Origin: a virus
Direction: 5' to 3' (one strand)
Virus record (IMG/VR): IMGVR_UViG_3300032284_001133
Location: 20,061-84,060 of that record
Length of the DNA: 64,000 bases
Shown piece by piece: positions 1 to 10,689 of the stretch (within the stretch, counting starts at the first letter, position 1; each line of letters opens with the position of its first letter). The translations under genes and the position numbers were made by a program. Below the pieces are notes generated by a model. The model searched no databases. It saw only the letters and a program-made list of their open reading frames with translations, and was not told where the DNA came from.

Positions 1-2673
1 AGTATTAGGAGATGCAATATATGTTTCATTAGGGTATGCTTCGATCGGAGTGATCGACGTATCAACTATTAAATAAGTTGATCCGTCTGAGTTTATTTGA
101 AAATAAACAAAATTATCTAAGTATCCTGTCTGTGCTGAAACATGTGTCGGATTCGTAATAATAGTAAATGCATCTGGATCTTGAATTTGACCTGTTACAA
201 GATTAGAATAAAAAGATACTTTTACCTTTTTAGGTTCTATATAACCATCAGCTTCGACTACACTACTATCTATTTGCCAATTATAATCTTCACCTAAAGA
301 AGCAGTTGAGTTAGGCGCATTATTAATGCCTAGTACAGAAATATTATCCTTGATAACTGTATTAGTTACAAAATCATAGTTAACATTAGTAGGATCAAAG
401 AAAAATGCAGTTTCTTGTTTGCTTTCAAATATATATTGAGTTGATCTATAATATACTTTATAATTAATTCCTGTCCATTGAAAACTAATGACCCAGCTTG
501 CATCTAAATTTGAATTAGTTGTATCTTCTTGAAATAATAAACTAAAAGGACTAACTAAATCTAAGTTTGTATCTGTAATAATGTACCAAGATCTAGTTGT
601 AGACGAAAAACTTAAACCAAAATTTCTATTGGCTAAACATAGGTTCACAATTGAAGTTTGTATACTCGGTATCAAAATGCTTCCGAATTCTGGAATTATT
701 TCCGTAAAATAACACCCTGTTGGGACATTTCCCGTAACAATAATTGGACCAGATCCGTTTGTTAATGCGCCTTTTCCGCCGTTCGCTCCGTCTCCTACAA
801 CATTAGTAATTTGTATCCATCTATAAGATACTGTTGTATCGTCTTGAGTAGTTGTTAAATTACCATTAGGTAAAAAATAATTACCTGCCGGAGGAAGTAT
901 CTTAACTAACGCACCTGTATAGGCGTATTGCAAGGTGTTAGATGAAAAATATCCTACCTGTACAGGTACAGTTTTTGATGGCTGACCAAGATAAGATGTT
1001 TTGTCAGCAAGATAACCTGTAGATTGGTTAGTACCCGATGTTACTTTAATCCAGACTGCTCCAGGATCACTAACGTCTGGTCTAGGCCAGTTGTCGTAAT
1101 AAAATGCTTTGACAGAATTTGAATTAACTATGTCTGCTAGTTGATTAGTAACTACAGAATAAATGTCTGTATTACTAGTAAATGAAAATTCAAAATTTGA
1201 TTGAGAATACTCTTTATAAAGCGCACCGTCTGTTGCAAATATATTTGTGCTGGAATATTTTCCTGACACATCAGATAAATCAAAAAATTTACTAATACCG
1301 CTACTGGTTCTATTAACGCTTTTAACTTTAAGAATATCAGTTCCTGCATTTAAAGGAGCAATATTATAGTCTTCGCCGGTGATCATTCTATTTTGAGTAT
1401 AATATATCTGTGGCGCTTTCTTTTTAATATTATCAACACTTTCAGATGCTGTACTATTTGTAATAGTATATTGTAAAGATAAAGTTAACGACAATGTTTG
1501 ACTTTGACCGCTCTTATTATAGTAAGGAATCTGTACTTGAATTCCTCTCATTTGATCAGGGGTGATAGAATAAGTTAGGCCATTACTTTGTCTATAAAAT
1601 AAGTTAAAGTTTCCTACAGGTAAATTACCAAATGCACCGTCAGCAAAATTTAAATCAATTTGATCGTTTGTTCTAGAAGTTACAGCATAGATATTTCTAT
1701 TAGAATTGCTAATACTATTATAAATCACATTGTTACCTGTAACCGAATCTACCTTTGTCCATAAATTTGCATAATTGTTGTTTGAGTCCATTTGCCATAG
1801 CCAAACATCAGAATCATTAATATCAGGTGCATCTACTCCCACAATTTCATTTGTTACAGGATTGCTAATCGAAAAACTAGTTACTCGTAAATCACCTTGT
1901 TTAAGTAAAACAAAAAATCCTGTGTTATTTGAACCTGCACCTTTTCCATCATTTTGATAAATGTAAGAAAAATTACTTCCGGGTTGTGGAGTGTTTTCGT
2001 AGATATATGTTTGTCCAGAGAATGTAGATGGAACGATTTCAAAAGCTATTGTTGTTCCATCTATAGGTCTACTAAAAGAATAAACAGGAACATCAATGTT
2101 AGCCGAATTAATTTTATATTGTTCGCTAGGAACATTTGAAATTGTACTTCTAGCATAAGGAGTACCAAATGTAAAATTGCCAGGCATTGCAGAATTTAAT
2201 ATGCTTATAAACTGCTGATACCAATTAGAATTTGTAGGATCATTCCAGCCAACTGGTTGGTTAGCTAAATTAATACCACTAGCATCAATCACGTTATCTG
2301 TAGTTTTTATAGCAGTAATTTTAATCAGGCCCGATGCAGGACTATTACGTGTTGCACTATAATTAATTAACTGTGCAAGTTGAATAACGCTGTCTTTGCG
2401 TTGTGCGGTCTCTAAAAAGTTTTCTCGAGCATTTAAATCAATTCTAAAACTTAAATTTTGTGCAATGAAGGCAATTAATTCAATGAGGGCAACATATTCG
2501 CTAGAATCAACATAATCATTAAAATCTTCAGGATACTTTTGATTAAGATAGTTAATCATTGTTCTACGAATTGTTTCAAAATCGTAGCTGGTAAAGTCTG
2601 AGTTTTGGAAAGACTGATATATCTTAGTCCAATCTTCAGCGACAAGTAATTTTGAGTTGGTTGCTGGAATCAT
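1..2673 (-). CDS. gp6: Baseplate wedge subunit, T4 gp6-like (3' end runs off the window)
   Basis: Absent from the ORF track (no stop inside the window). Hand translation from ATG 2673: MIPATNSKLLVAEDWTKIYQSFQNSDFTSYDFETIRRTMINYL...DLNARENFLETAQRKDSVIQLAQLINY, which is the gp6-type N-terminus. It follows a gp25-like gene. Confidence 0.85.
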   Translation of the reverse strand, partial: MIPATNSKLLVAEDWTKIYQSFQNSDFTSYDFETIRRTMINYLNQKYPEDFNDYVDSSEYVALIELIAFIAQNLSFRIDLNARENFLETAQRKDSVIQLAQLINYSATRNSPASGLIKITAIKTTDNVIDASGINLANQPVGWNDPTNSNWYQQFISILNSAMPGNFTFGTPYARSTISNVPSEQYKINSANIDVPVYSFSRPIDGTTIAFEIVPSTFSGQTYIYENTPQPGSNFSYIYQNDGKGAGSNNTGFFVLLKQGDLRVTSFSISNPVTNEIVGVDAPDINDSDVWLWQMDSNNNYANLWTKVDSVTGNNVIYNSISNSNRNIYAVTSRTNDQIDLNFADGAFGNLPVGNFNLFYRQSNGLTYSITPDQMRGIQVQIPYYNKSGQSQTLSLTLSLQYTITNSTASESVDNIKKKAPQIYYTQNRMITGEDYNIAPLNAGTDILKVKSVNRTSSGISKFFDLSDVSGKYSSTNIFATDGALYKEYSQSNFEFSFTSNTDIYSVVTNQLADIVNSNSVKAFYYDNWPRPDVSDPGAVWIKVTSGTNQSTGYLADKTSYLGQPSKTVPVQVGYFSSNTLQYAYTGALVKILPPAGNYFLPNGNLTTTQDDTTVSYRWIQITNVVGDGANGGKGALTNGSGPIIVTGNVPTGCYFTEIIPEFGSILIPSIQTSIVNLCLANRNFGLSFSSTTRSWYIITDTNLDLVSPFSLLFQEDTTNSNLDASWVISFQWTGINYKVYYRSTQYIFESKQETAFFFDPTNVNYDFVTNTVIKDNISVLGINNAPNSTASLGEDYNWQIDSSVVEADGYIEPKKVKVSFYSNLVTGQIQDPDAFTIITNPTHVSAQTGYLDNFVYFQINSDGSTYLIVDTSITPIEAYPNETYIASPNT

Positions 2674-2699
2674 ACGTTATCTTAACCTAAGTAATAACG

Positions 2700-2705
2700 T
2701 ATTTA
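2700..2705 (-). promoter_or_regulatory. Putative late promoter (TAAATA)
   Basis: TAAATA on the minus strand 26 nt upstream of the gp6-like ATG. Resembles the T4 late TATAAATA box. Confidence 0.55.
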
Positions 2706-2729
2706 TGGCGAAAATAAAGTTGGTATATA

Positions 2730-3167
2730 TTAAGCAGACGCTAGTCCTACAGCAGAATCAAAATTAAATCTTAATGTTTGGCTAACATCTGTTCCATTAA
2801 GTAATAGAGTTACTTCGATTAAAAATCCTGCATCTGCCTGTACAATATTAATTTGTGTCGGGCTGGCTCTCAAATCAGCATTTAATATTGCATTTAGGTC
2901 ATCAGTAATTTGTTGTTTGACTGCCGGTGTTAATGGCTCATAAATTAAATCCCATATTATGGTACCAAAATTAGGATTCATAACACGCTCACCCCTGCGA
3001 GTATTAAACCTATTCAAGAGATCTTGTTTAATTAGATCAAAATCATACATCTTAACACTTTTTGTAGTAGTGTCTTGAGTATTGAACCCTACATAAAATT
3101 GATTAGTTTTATTAGTATGTTGGCTCGAATATTTTGTAGGAGTAACAGTGATGTTTTTATATGGCAT
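2730..3167 (-). CDS. gp25: Baseplate wedge subunit, gp25/gpW-like
   Basis: DLIKQDLLNRFNTRRGERVMNPNFGTIIWDLIYEP is the gp25/GPW family motif; 145 aa. Confidence 0.9.
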   Translation of the reverse strand: MPYKNITVTPTKYSSQHTNKTNQFYVGFNTQDTTTKSVKMYDFDLIKQDLLNRFNTRRGERVMNPNFGTIIWDLIYEPLTPAVKQQITDDLNAILNADLRASPTQINIVQADAGFLIEVTLLLNGTDVSQTLRFNFDSAVGLASA

Positions 3168-3174
3168 AGTCTAC

Positions 3175-3180
3175 TATTTA
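3175..3180 (-). promoter_or_regulatory. Putative late promoter (TAAATA) overlapping the upstream stop codon
   Basis: TAAATA-N7-ATG for the gp25-like gene, with no Shine-Dalgarno in between. Confidence 0.5.
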
Positions 3181-5592
3181 TTGAGTCGCTGAACCAGTCT
3201 TTACCGTATTACCTTGACTGTCTGTTAATGGTATTCCAGATCCAGTAGTTACTGTTGTACCTTGTAACTGTGTTAAGAAGCATTGATAATAATCCATCTT
3301 TCTAGCATGAATGTCTGGGCTATTAACACCAACAGCGGCAATTGCGGCATTTATGTAATTAGGATCATTTTGATTAGCATGGCAACGTGCTTTAAAATAA
3401 GCTACAGTTACTTCTGCACCTAAAGTGATATCATTAACTAGATCAGGGTTGTTGATTAAATCAAGGCCTGTGGCAGTTGCGTATTGCTGATAGTTTCCTC
3501 TACCTGTTAATTGAATGTATCCCCTACCATAGTATTTTCCGCCGTCTGCATCAGTTTGATTGCCTAAGAAATTTGCACCTCGGAAAGTAGGACCGTAGAA
3601 GAAAGAGAAGAAATCTTCTCTTGAACCAGTCCATCTAGCATACTTGTTAATAACATCCTGCGACGCACTACGGAATATTTGTTGTAAACGTTCTGGAGTA
3701 TAGTAATACAATTCTTTTTGTGGTACCCACATACTTTCTCCACCCGCAATACCAAGTATTGCGGCAACTGCATAAGGACTTGTAATTTTAGCTTTTTCAC
3801 ATGCGGCTTTAAGTGCGGCAATACCTGCCTGAGCATTAGGATTGCTAATTGCTTGTTTAGCGGCGGTGCTACAAGTTCCTGGTATAGCACTCGATAAGTT
3901 TGCAGGAGGCGCAGTATTTCCAGAAGAAACAACATCAGGTCGACTTGCTGCCGCTGTGTCTGTGTTAGCAGGTGTAAATGCACTTGAATTAATATTTTCG
4001 TGTTGATCCCAAGGTTCATGCATAGGAACACGTTGCATAATTGTAGTCATCGGACTAGCTTTATAGAAATTACCATTGCTCCATCCAGAATCTACACTTC
4101 TAACAGGAACGTTATATGTCGGTATAGGACTAGGTAAATCTGCTGTACTTGCAGGAGTAGCAGGAGTAGCAGGATCAGCGGCTGCGGCGGCCGGACCGTT
4201 TTGATGTATTTCACTTGCAGATGCTAGGTATAAACCAGCGGCACCAACATTAAAGTTGCCACCTGTGCTTTGTTTCATATCTCCTTCTGACGCTAAATTC
4301 ATAGCACCAACTGACGATACACATATTTTTCCATTGGCATCGACCTGTATGTCAGACGTTGCTGACTCATACAAACTTCCGCTAGTAGATATATGCATAT
4401 CTGAGCCAGATGTTTGATACATGGTATCAGCCACCGCAATGTGCATATCTGCACCGACAGTTATTCTATAATTGTTATTAACAGTAAAATGTAAGTCTTG
4501 TGCAAAATCTATTTTTCCTTCGTTGTATACAATCATATAAAAATGATCAAATACATTAATATCCATTGCTTGGTTAGATTTAATGTTGAAGTTTCTTCCC
4601 GACTCAATATTAATATCTCGATCAGCACGAATGTTTAAATCATTTTCAGAATGTATACTTATAGAATCTTTTGCATATATATCTATCTTACCATTTGATG
4701 TAAGTTCAACCCATGCTGTTCCTTTACTATTAGCAATATAAATTAAATCTTGACTGTTATGTAACAATATTTGATGTCCAGTTCTTGTACGCAATCTAAC
4801 AAGTTCATTTTGACCATCTTTGTCGCCATCGTCCATTACAAATGTTGTTCCGCCTAATCTACTTATAGGAACTTTTGTAGTTGCAGGATATCCTATTAAC
4901 CCTTCTTTATAATTTGTATTAGTTGCAGAAGAATCAAGATCAACTGGTCCAGGAGTACTTATACCAAAAACCATACTTGGTACTTCGCGTCTAGCACTAC
5001 TTGATGTTACTCCACGAACTGTGTCTAATAGAAGACCTTGTGCTAGTAATCTATCTGCAAAAGGATGAACAGCTTTGGTAAAGTTGTTAATGGCCTGAGG
5101 AGTGGTCTGATCTCCTAATTTTTTTGTTTTCTTATTAAATTCTGTTACTGGTAAATTTTTTGTACCGTACTTTGTTTCTTGGTCTTGAGACAACTCAACA
5201 TTTTGACTTGCGGCCAATCCAGGAATTTCATAATTTTGATATTTGTCTGCAACACATCCAATCCAATAACCGGAATTAGGGTCTCCGTCTATAAAGATAC
5301 ACATAACTGTTGTACCAATATCAGGAGGTATTGCCCACCACCCGTAAGACTTTTGAGCATCACCTGGCCTAGCAGAATCATTTCCTTCAAACGAAATATT
5401 CGTCGCTCCATAGAACGGACTTAGATACTGCACCGGAAATGTTTCTTCTTGGAATTCTAAAGAATTTGTAACACCTCTCATTAAAGCCACTTCAATCCCG
5501 CCCATACGAGTAGGATCAAGGTGATTTGTTACTATTCCTAAGTAAGGTCCCGGATGTGGTAATTTACTTCTAATTCTTTTATATTCGCTCAT
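3178..5592 (-). CDS. gp5: Baseplate central spike, gp5/VgrG-like, with C-terminal GH19 lytic domain
   Basis: N-terminal OB-fold-type motif (DPTRMG...YGWWAIPPDIGTTVMCIFIDGDPNSGYWIG). Central beta-helix repeats. C-terminal GNQTDADGGKYYGRGYIQLTGRGNYQQYA...DLINNPDLV is the glycoside hydrolase family 19 signature. Confidence 0.85.
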   Translation of the reverse strand: MSEYKRIRSKLPHPGPYLGIVTNHLDPTRMGGIEVALMRGVTNSLEFQEETFPVQYLSPFYGATNISFEGNDSARPGDAQKSYGWWAIPPDIGTTVMCIFIDGDPNSGYWIGCVADKYQNYEIPGLAASQNVELSQDQETKYGTKNLPVTEFNKKTKKLGDQTTPQAINNFTKAVHPFADRLLAQGLLLDTVRGVTSSSARREVPSMVFGISTPGPVDLDSSATNTNYKEGLIGYPATTKVPISRLGGTTFVMDDGDKDGQNELVRLRTRTGHQILLHNSQDLIYIANSKGTAWVELTSNGKIDIYAKDSISIHSENDLNIRADRDINIESGRNFNIKSNQAMDINVFDHFYMIVYNEGKIDFAQDLHFTVNNNYRITVGADMHIAVADTMYQTSGSDMHISTSGSLYESATSDIQVDANGKICVSSVGAMNLASEGDMKQSTGGNFNVGAAGLYLASASEIHQNGPAAAAADPATPATPASTADLPSPIPTYNVPVRSVDSGWSNGNFYKASPMTTIMQRVPMHEPWDQHENINSSAFTPANTDTAAASRPDVVSSGNTAPPANLSSAIPGTCSTAAKQAISNPNAQAGIAALKAACEKAKITSPYAVAAILGIAGGESMWVPQKELYYYTPERLQQIFRSASQDVINKYARWTGSREDFFSFFYGPTFRGANFLGNQTDADGGKYYGRGYIQLTGRGNYQQYATATGLDLINNPDLVNDITLGAEVTVAYFKARCHANQNDPNYINAAIAAVGVNSPDIHARKMDYYQCFLTQLQGTTVTTGSGIPLTDSQGNTVKTGSATQ

Positions 5593-5608
5593 ATTCTTCC
5601 ATTAGTGG

Positions 5609-8600
5609 TTAACTAAAAAATGTTCCGCTTTTAACTCCGGCCAATGCTCTTGCTTTTGCATCTGCTAATGTTTGTTTTATTGCGGCAGTATCTAGGCCGC
5701 TAGTTAATCCGGTAGTGTCTAGCGAGGACCCAGGGCTTGTTAAATTATTTGATATACCGGCAAGAGCATTAGCCGGATTGGGTAGATTATTTAACGACCC
5801 GCCCATTAACGATTGTAAAGGACTGACTGCTGAGCTTAAACTAGATGCGGCAATAGACGCAGGATCTAACGAACTCGCTACGCTTTGTTTAATAGAATTT
5901 AAATCAATATTTCCGCTAGAGTCATAAAAATTAGAAGTATCAATTCCAGAAACACTAGCAAAAGAATCAAGTTTTGATTTAAGATCACTAGCTGATAAAT
6001 TTTTCAATGCGGCCGCTTGAGATTTTAAATCATCAACATTTAAATTAGCAATTGATGTAGCCGCTTGTGCTGCCGCAGATGAAATTCCAGACATAGGATT
6101 TGTTAATATACTAGATTTTAAACCTGCTAAATTACCTGATAATGCACCGCTAACATCCGATGCTGATGCAGTTAATGATGCTACCTGACCTACTAGATTA
6201 CCTGGAGCAGTTGCGGCCGCGGTAGCTAATGATCCAAATTGTACGCCGACTGATTTTACCTGAGATGCTACTGAACTTAAATTTAAAGGTCCTTGTAAAG
6301 CACCGCTTAGAGCACCAGTTGCATTGCCAGCAAGACTTGATAATTTACTCATTGCTCCTGATAAAGAAGAAGGTACCGCAGAATCTGCAGATGTAGTTAC
6401 ATCCGGTGTAGTGTCTCCGCCTTGTGCAGTTTTAATTTGAGCGGCAAGTGTGTTCACATACTCTGTAGGTCCCAAAGAATCTGCTAAATTTAAATCAGGA
6501 ATAGGAGCAACTGTTTTTGGCATAGTTGCAGGCAAGTTTGCTATGGCATTACTTTTTAGTTTAGCCAATAATAATCCTGCAGAGGCCGAAGCAGTTAAAT
6601 CAACTCCCGCAGGCAATTTTTTAGCTATATCTGCTACTTGATTAACAATATTACTATCTAAACTGCCGCCTAATCCGGCCAACTGACTAGTATCTATTCC
6701 TAATTTAGCGGTTATTGCAGATGCATTTCCTGCCAGTGCGGCTGAAATTTTATCTTTTGCATTAGCTACATCAATAGACGATGCGGCTCCTAATATATTA
6801 GATGCTCCAGCAATACTACCTATATTGTTTATTGCGCCAGTTGCATTATTTAGAGCGCCTTGAACTGCCGCGGCTGAACCAATGGCATTATTAACAGCAC
6901 CAGATGCAAAATTAGTTAAGCCCGCAGTTAGAGATAACCCATTAGTAGCCAAACGCACACCCGAACTTATAGCACTAATAGCCGAACTTGCCGCTGGACT
7001 TACTAATGCAAAATTTGTTATTTGATTTACTTTGCTAATAGCATTAATACCTTGTTGTACAACACCACCAACTTGATTTAATAATCCGGACGCAGATCCG
7101 ACTGCATTTGAAAAATTTGAAAGTACTCCAGGCAAACCTGCACTAGGTAAACCTCTTTTGACCATGTTAGTTAAACTTATTTCATTTGGTCTAGTGCCGG
7201 CCTGCACAACGTCATCAGGTGCTGTATCTTTAACAGGCTGATCACCTGATTTAGGTTGTTCAATTAACGAATACGCTTTATCTGATGCACCTGCTTGTTG
7301 TCCAGCTAATCTTAACATCTTAAGATGAGATTTAAACATTCCATCTTTAAACGTATTAACCGATTGTATTACCCTATAAACACCGCTATAGTCTGCAATA
7401 GTGTCAAACTTCATAAGACCTGTTTGAGAACTAATATCTGAAGGATTTCTAAATGTAAAATTCACTAAGGCCTGCGCACCTTGCACATTTGCTTCTCCAG
7501 AATTAGTTATTGCTGGATCGCTTGCTGGCGGAATATAATTTCCAGCGCCTCCTGTTACTACATAATAAGGATCACCTAATATGTCTAATTCTGCTTTAAT
7601 TTGATCAACACTTTTTAATATTGCTTCATGCGCGGCATTTTGTCCCATCCAATAGGGATCAGTCTTTTTTGTACCAGCACGTAAATTTTGACTGCTTGCA
7701 CTTGAATCTTGTTGCATCACAGGAGGTGCAACTTTTTGATCTGCCGGTGCTATTGCCGCACCTTTTGCTAATTGTGCTTTTTGATCACTCGAGGCGGCTG
7801 GAGTGTTGGCTGTTCCAGAATTATCTGTATTACCTGTGTTAGGATTTGCCTGTTGAAAATATAAAGTATTAAAATCTATTTTAAAACTTGTTATATCAAG
7901 ATTTTTACCTGTATAGATATAATTATAATCTCTTTTGATCAAAGGTTTTAAACTTGCAGGGTCAAATTGTGTTAATGCCTGTCCAGGAAGTATACTATAG
8001 TGTACCTTGTAAGGAGTTACCACATATTGATAAACAGTATTGTGTCTACCGGTAGATGAATTTAAATCTTTGGTTATGGTATTAATATGTACCTTAAAGT
8101 ATTTTATCATACCTTGAGCATCTTTAGCTTTATCAACATCTACTAAAATATCTCTTAGGTATTCGCTATCTCTAATCACTGCCGCAATAATATCATGTAT
8201 CTGAGCATCATTAGAAAACATAATTGCAACTTCTGAAGGATTGTGTGCATCTTCTTCTTGCTTTTTTTGTTGTTGCGCGGCAATTTCTGCTTTTTGTGCA
8301 TCTGTTAATCTGGGGTCACTTGCGGCGGCTTCAGCTGATCCTTGCCCTGCTCCTGCACTTTTTTTGTCCGATAAGTATCCTGTTCCTGGATTTGGAAATT
8401 TAAAAATATTATTGTCAGTTAGTATTTTATTAATTTTAGACGATGCAATAGCATTTCGAGTAGCCTTAGTTTCATTTTTTAAAGTGGCAGGGGTAATTTC
8501 TTTACCGTCTTCTATATTAGGAAAATATATTTCATATGTGTCTATACTTTTTGCTTTTTCAGGATCCTGTTCATTTTGTGATTGTTTTTTTAATTTTGTA

Positions 8601-9433
8601 TTCAGTCCTGTTATCATATTATCTAAAATTTCGCCAACAGTTGTTCCTGAAATTTGTATTTCTCCCACAAGGGTGTTTGGTTTAGAAAAACCTATTTCGT
8701 TAAAAGGTACTGCGGAACATGCATAGCGTGTGCCTGATTCAGTAACTGATACCTGCACTCCAGTTAACCTAATAGGAAAATATCGAGTAGCATTAGGAAC
8801 TGATTCAGGTTTGTCACTAGGGCCTTGAGATTTATCTGAATAACCTTTAAATTCTAATTTTAATAAAAATAATGCAGATAGATACGTTGGCCAGCCAGCG
8901 GCTCTAGATGAAACTCGTAAAGCTTCAATGAATCCATTCATACTGTAGGGTTCAATAACATCAAATTTTATTTTGGTGGCCAACGCACTGCCTGTTTCTT
9001 TTGAAGGTGTCATTATTGTATCAATTTCAACATTGTCTATAAACATGTCAAATCGACCAGGAGATAATGCATTAAATCCAGAAACTAAATCTTGGGCATA
9101 TTGAGCTGTCTGCTCTGAAGCAGGAGGAATTGGATTACCGTCGCTATCTTTTGTTTCTGAACCAGGATTGTCTGTAGTAATTGCCGAAGCCGCAGACGCA
9201 TTCATGCCGTTGGCTTTTCCTCCAGATTTAAGAATAATAAAGTCTGAAGAACTAGTTGGAAGAGAAGAAGGATCCTGTAATGCTGATGCTTTTAACGCCG
9301 CTAATGTAAAATTATAAGTAACTGACCTATAATTATATAAAACATTTTTGTTATTTGTACTAATTGTTGTTGCAGAAGGAGTCGTAGAAGAACTATTACC
9401 CGTATTGATAACATTGGTGTGTTGTACTGCCAT
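5609..9433 (-). CDS. Putative baseplate hub protein (gp27/gpD-like N-terminal ~700 aa) with long Ala/Ser/Gly-rich C-terminal extension
   Basis: 1274 aa, between the gp53-like and gp5-like genes. AELDILGDP...YSGVYRVIQSVNTFKDGMFKSHLKM resembles hub C-terminal strands. Confidence 0.55.
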   Translation of the reverse strand: MAVQHTNVINTGNSSSTTPSATTISTNNKNVLYNYRSVTYNFTLAALKASALQDPSSLPTSSSDFIILKSGGKANGMNASAASAITTDNPGSETKDSDGNPIPPASEQTAQYAQDLVSGFNALSPGRFDMFIDNVEIDTIMTPSKETGSALATKIKFDVIEPYSMNGFIEALRVSSRAAGWPTYLSALFLLKLEFKGYSDKSQGPSDKPESVPNATRYFPIRLTGVQVSVTESGTRYACSAVPFNEIGFSKPNTLVGEIQISGTTVGEILDNMITGLNTKLKKQSQNEQDPEKAKSIDTYEIYFPNIEDGKEITPATLKNETKATRNAIASSKINKILTDNNIFKFPNPGTGYLSDKKSAGAGQGSAEAAASDPRLTDAQKAEIAAQQQKKQEEDAHNPSEVAIMFSNDAQIHDIIAAVIRDSEYLRDILVDVDKAKDAQGMIKYFKVHINTITKDLNSSTGRHNTVYQYVVTPYKVHYSILPGQALTQFDPASLKPLIKRDYNYIYTGKNLDITSFKIDFNTLYFQQANPNTGNTDNSGTANTPAASSDQKAQLAKGAAIAPADQKVAPPVMQQDSSASSQNLRAGTKKTDPYWMGQNAAHEAILKSVDQIKAELDILGDPYYVVTGGAGNYIPPASDPAITNSGEANVQGAQALVNFTFRNPSDISSQTGLMKFDTIADYSGVYRVIQSVNTFKDGMFKSHLKMLRLAGQQAGASDKAYSLIEQPKSGDQPVKDTAPDDVVQAGTRPNEISLTNMVKRGLPSAGLPGVLSNFSNAVGSASGLLNQVGGVVQQGINAISKVNQITNFALVSPAASSAISAISSGVRLATNGLSLTAGLTNFASGAVNNAIGSAAAVQGALNNATGAINNIGSIAGASNILGAASSIDVANAKDKISAALAGNASAITAKLGIDTSQLAGLGGSLDSNIVNQVADIAKKLPAGVDLTASASAGLLLAKLKSNAIANLPATMPKTVAPIPDLNLADSLGPTEYVNTLAAQIKTAQGGDTTPDVTTSADSAVPSSLSGAMSKLSSLAGNATGALSGALQGPLNLSSVASQVKSVGVQFGSLATAAATAPGNLVGQVASLTASASDVSGALSGNLAGLKSSILTNPMSGISSAAAQAATSIANLNVDDLKSQAAALKNLSASDLKSKLDSFASVSGIDTSNFYDSSGNIDLNSIKQSVASSLDPASIAASSLSSAVSPLQSLMGGSLNNLPNPANALAGISNNLTSPGSSLDTTGLTSGLDTAAIKQTLADAKARALAGVKSGTFFS

Positions 9434-9434
9434 G

Positions 9435-9734
9435 TTATATTCCTAACAATTTATTAAGTGTTGCCTGTTGTGGTAGATATATAGTAGTTCCTGCAACAAA
9501 ATCATAAACAGAATCTACAATTACTTCAGGATTTCGAACAGCAAATACCCACCATAAATTAACATCTCCATATAGGTCAAATGCCAAAAGGTCTGGTCTA
9601 TTATCATAAGTAGGAGTTATTGTCCACAGAATATCAAATGTATTTGCAGGAATATCTATAGGAGTCCAGGTACTAAGATATTGTCCTGTCACTGAAGTTT
9701 GAAAATAGGGACTTGTTTTAGAATAAACAGCCAT
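9435..9734 (-). CDS. gp53: Baseplate wedge protein, gp53/LysM-like
   Basis: YDNRPDLLAFDLYGDVNLWWVFAVRNP...GTTIYLP motif. Confidence 0.8.
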   Translation of the reverse strand: MAVYSKTSPYFQTSVTGQYLSTWTPIDIPANTFDILWTITPTYDNRPDLLAFDLYGDVNLWWVFAVRNPEVIVDSVYDFVAGTTIYLPQQATLNKLLGI

Positions 9735-10633
9735 TATAGATATCCTTTACCTTTTAAATTGCCTGCAAGCCATCCAGTAACATTAAAATCTTGTATTTCT
9801 TGTCTGCTGTACATTACATTTAACGTAACACTGATTGTAGAAATTGTAGGAACCATACTAAGACCAAATAAAGATTTATATTTTGCAGTACCTACAGAAA
9901 TATAATCAACTCCGTCGGGCAATTCTATTTTAAATGAAGCAACTGATACAGGAACGTTAGCTAACATACTATCACCATAGGCATTTAATCTACAAACAGG
10001 AGGTGGACTACCTGCATTAGGATCTGAACCCCATAGCATCTTAGTTAAAGATCTTAATAAATGTACAATACCTAAATATATTGCCCCATCGTCCTCATTT
10101 TGATTTGAAAATTTGCCGCTTATTGTGATTGGACCTACCGAACTCTTTTGATAAAAATACACAGGATAATTTGAATGCATAGCCGCCTGTGCATTATACG
10201 ATGCTTGGTTATCGTATGATATACTAGGAGTATAAGGGAATAATATTCCTCCCATAGATTTTAATACCGATGTTGGACCGGGACCTAAATATGAACTAGG
10301 CACAATAATTTGTGTTCTCATATCTTTAGCTCCTGCCCAGCTTACAGTAGCTCCTGAATTACTAGGGCTAGCTCCTATTGAACGTGTATTAGGAGGAGTA
10401 GCTCCCGGAGGTAAATTAGAATTAGATCTACGATTATCTTGTGGTGAATCTGAGCTAGAAACTTTTCCGTCTGTATCTGTAGCTAATGTAGAACCGTCGT
10501 CAAATGTCTGTATAGTACTACCATCGTCAAATGTTTGAATGCCAGGTGCTGGAGCATTAATTGTTGACTGATCAACATCTGTTGCTGTTGTGGCTCCTTC
10601 ATTAACCGGAGATTCTTCTGTAATAGACGCCAT
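9734..10633 (-). CDS. Putative baseplate tail-tube initiator/cap (gp48/gp54-like)
   Basis: Tube-fold-like motifs GGILFPYTPSISY and GSPPPVCRLNAYGDSMLANVPVSVASF. First gene of the baseplate operon, with SD AAGGA upstream. Confidence 0.55.
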   Translation of the reverse strand: MASITEESPVNEGATTATDVDQSTINAPAPGIQTFDDGSTIQTFDDGSTLATDTDGKVSSSDSPQDNRRSNSNLPPGATPPNTRSIGASPSNSGATVSWAGAKDMRTQIIVPSSYLGPGPTSVLKSMGGILFPYTPSISYDNQASYNAQAAMHSNYPVYFYQKSSVGPITISGKFSNQNEDDGAIYLGIVHLLRSLTKMLWGSDPNAGSPPPVCRLNAYGDSMLANVPVSVASFKIELPDGVDYISVGTAKYKSLFGLSMVPTISTISVTLNVMYSRQEIQDFNVTGWLAGNLKGKGYL

Positions 10634-10654
10634 ATCGTTTTTATCCTTATAGCG

Positions 10655-10672
10655 TATTTAACCAGATAAATA
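10655..10672. promoter_or_regulatory. Back-to-back putative late promoters (TAAATA minus 10655-10660; plus 10667-10672)
   Basis: Two oppositely oriented TAAATA boxes in the divergent intergenic gap. Confidence 0.55.
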
Positions 10673-10689
10673 TGTATGCACTTAAATGG

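Noticed and set aside
10486-10540. IQTFDDGST duplication in the gp48/54-like gene
   Set aside because: Real, but a simple 27-nt duplication in a disordered N-terminus with no further support for function.
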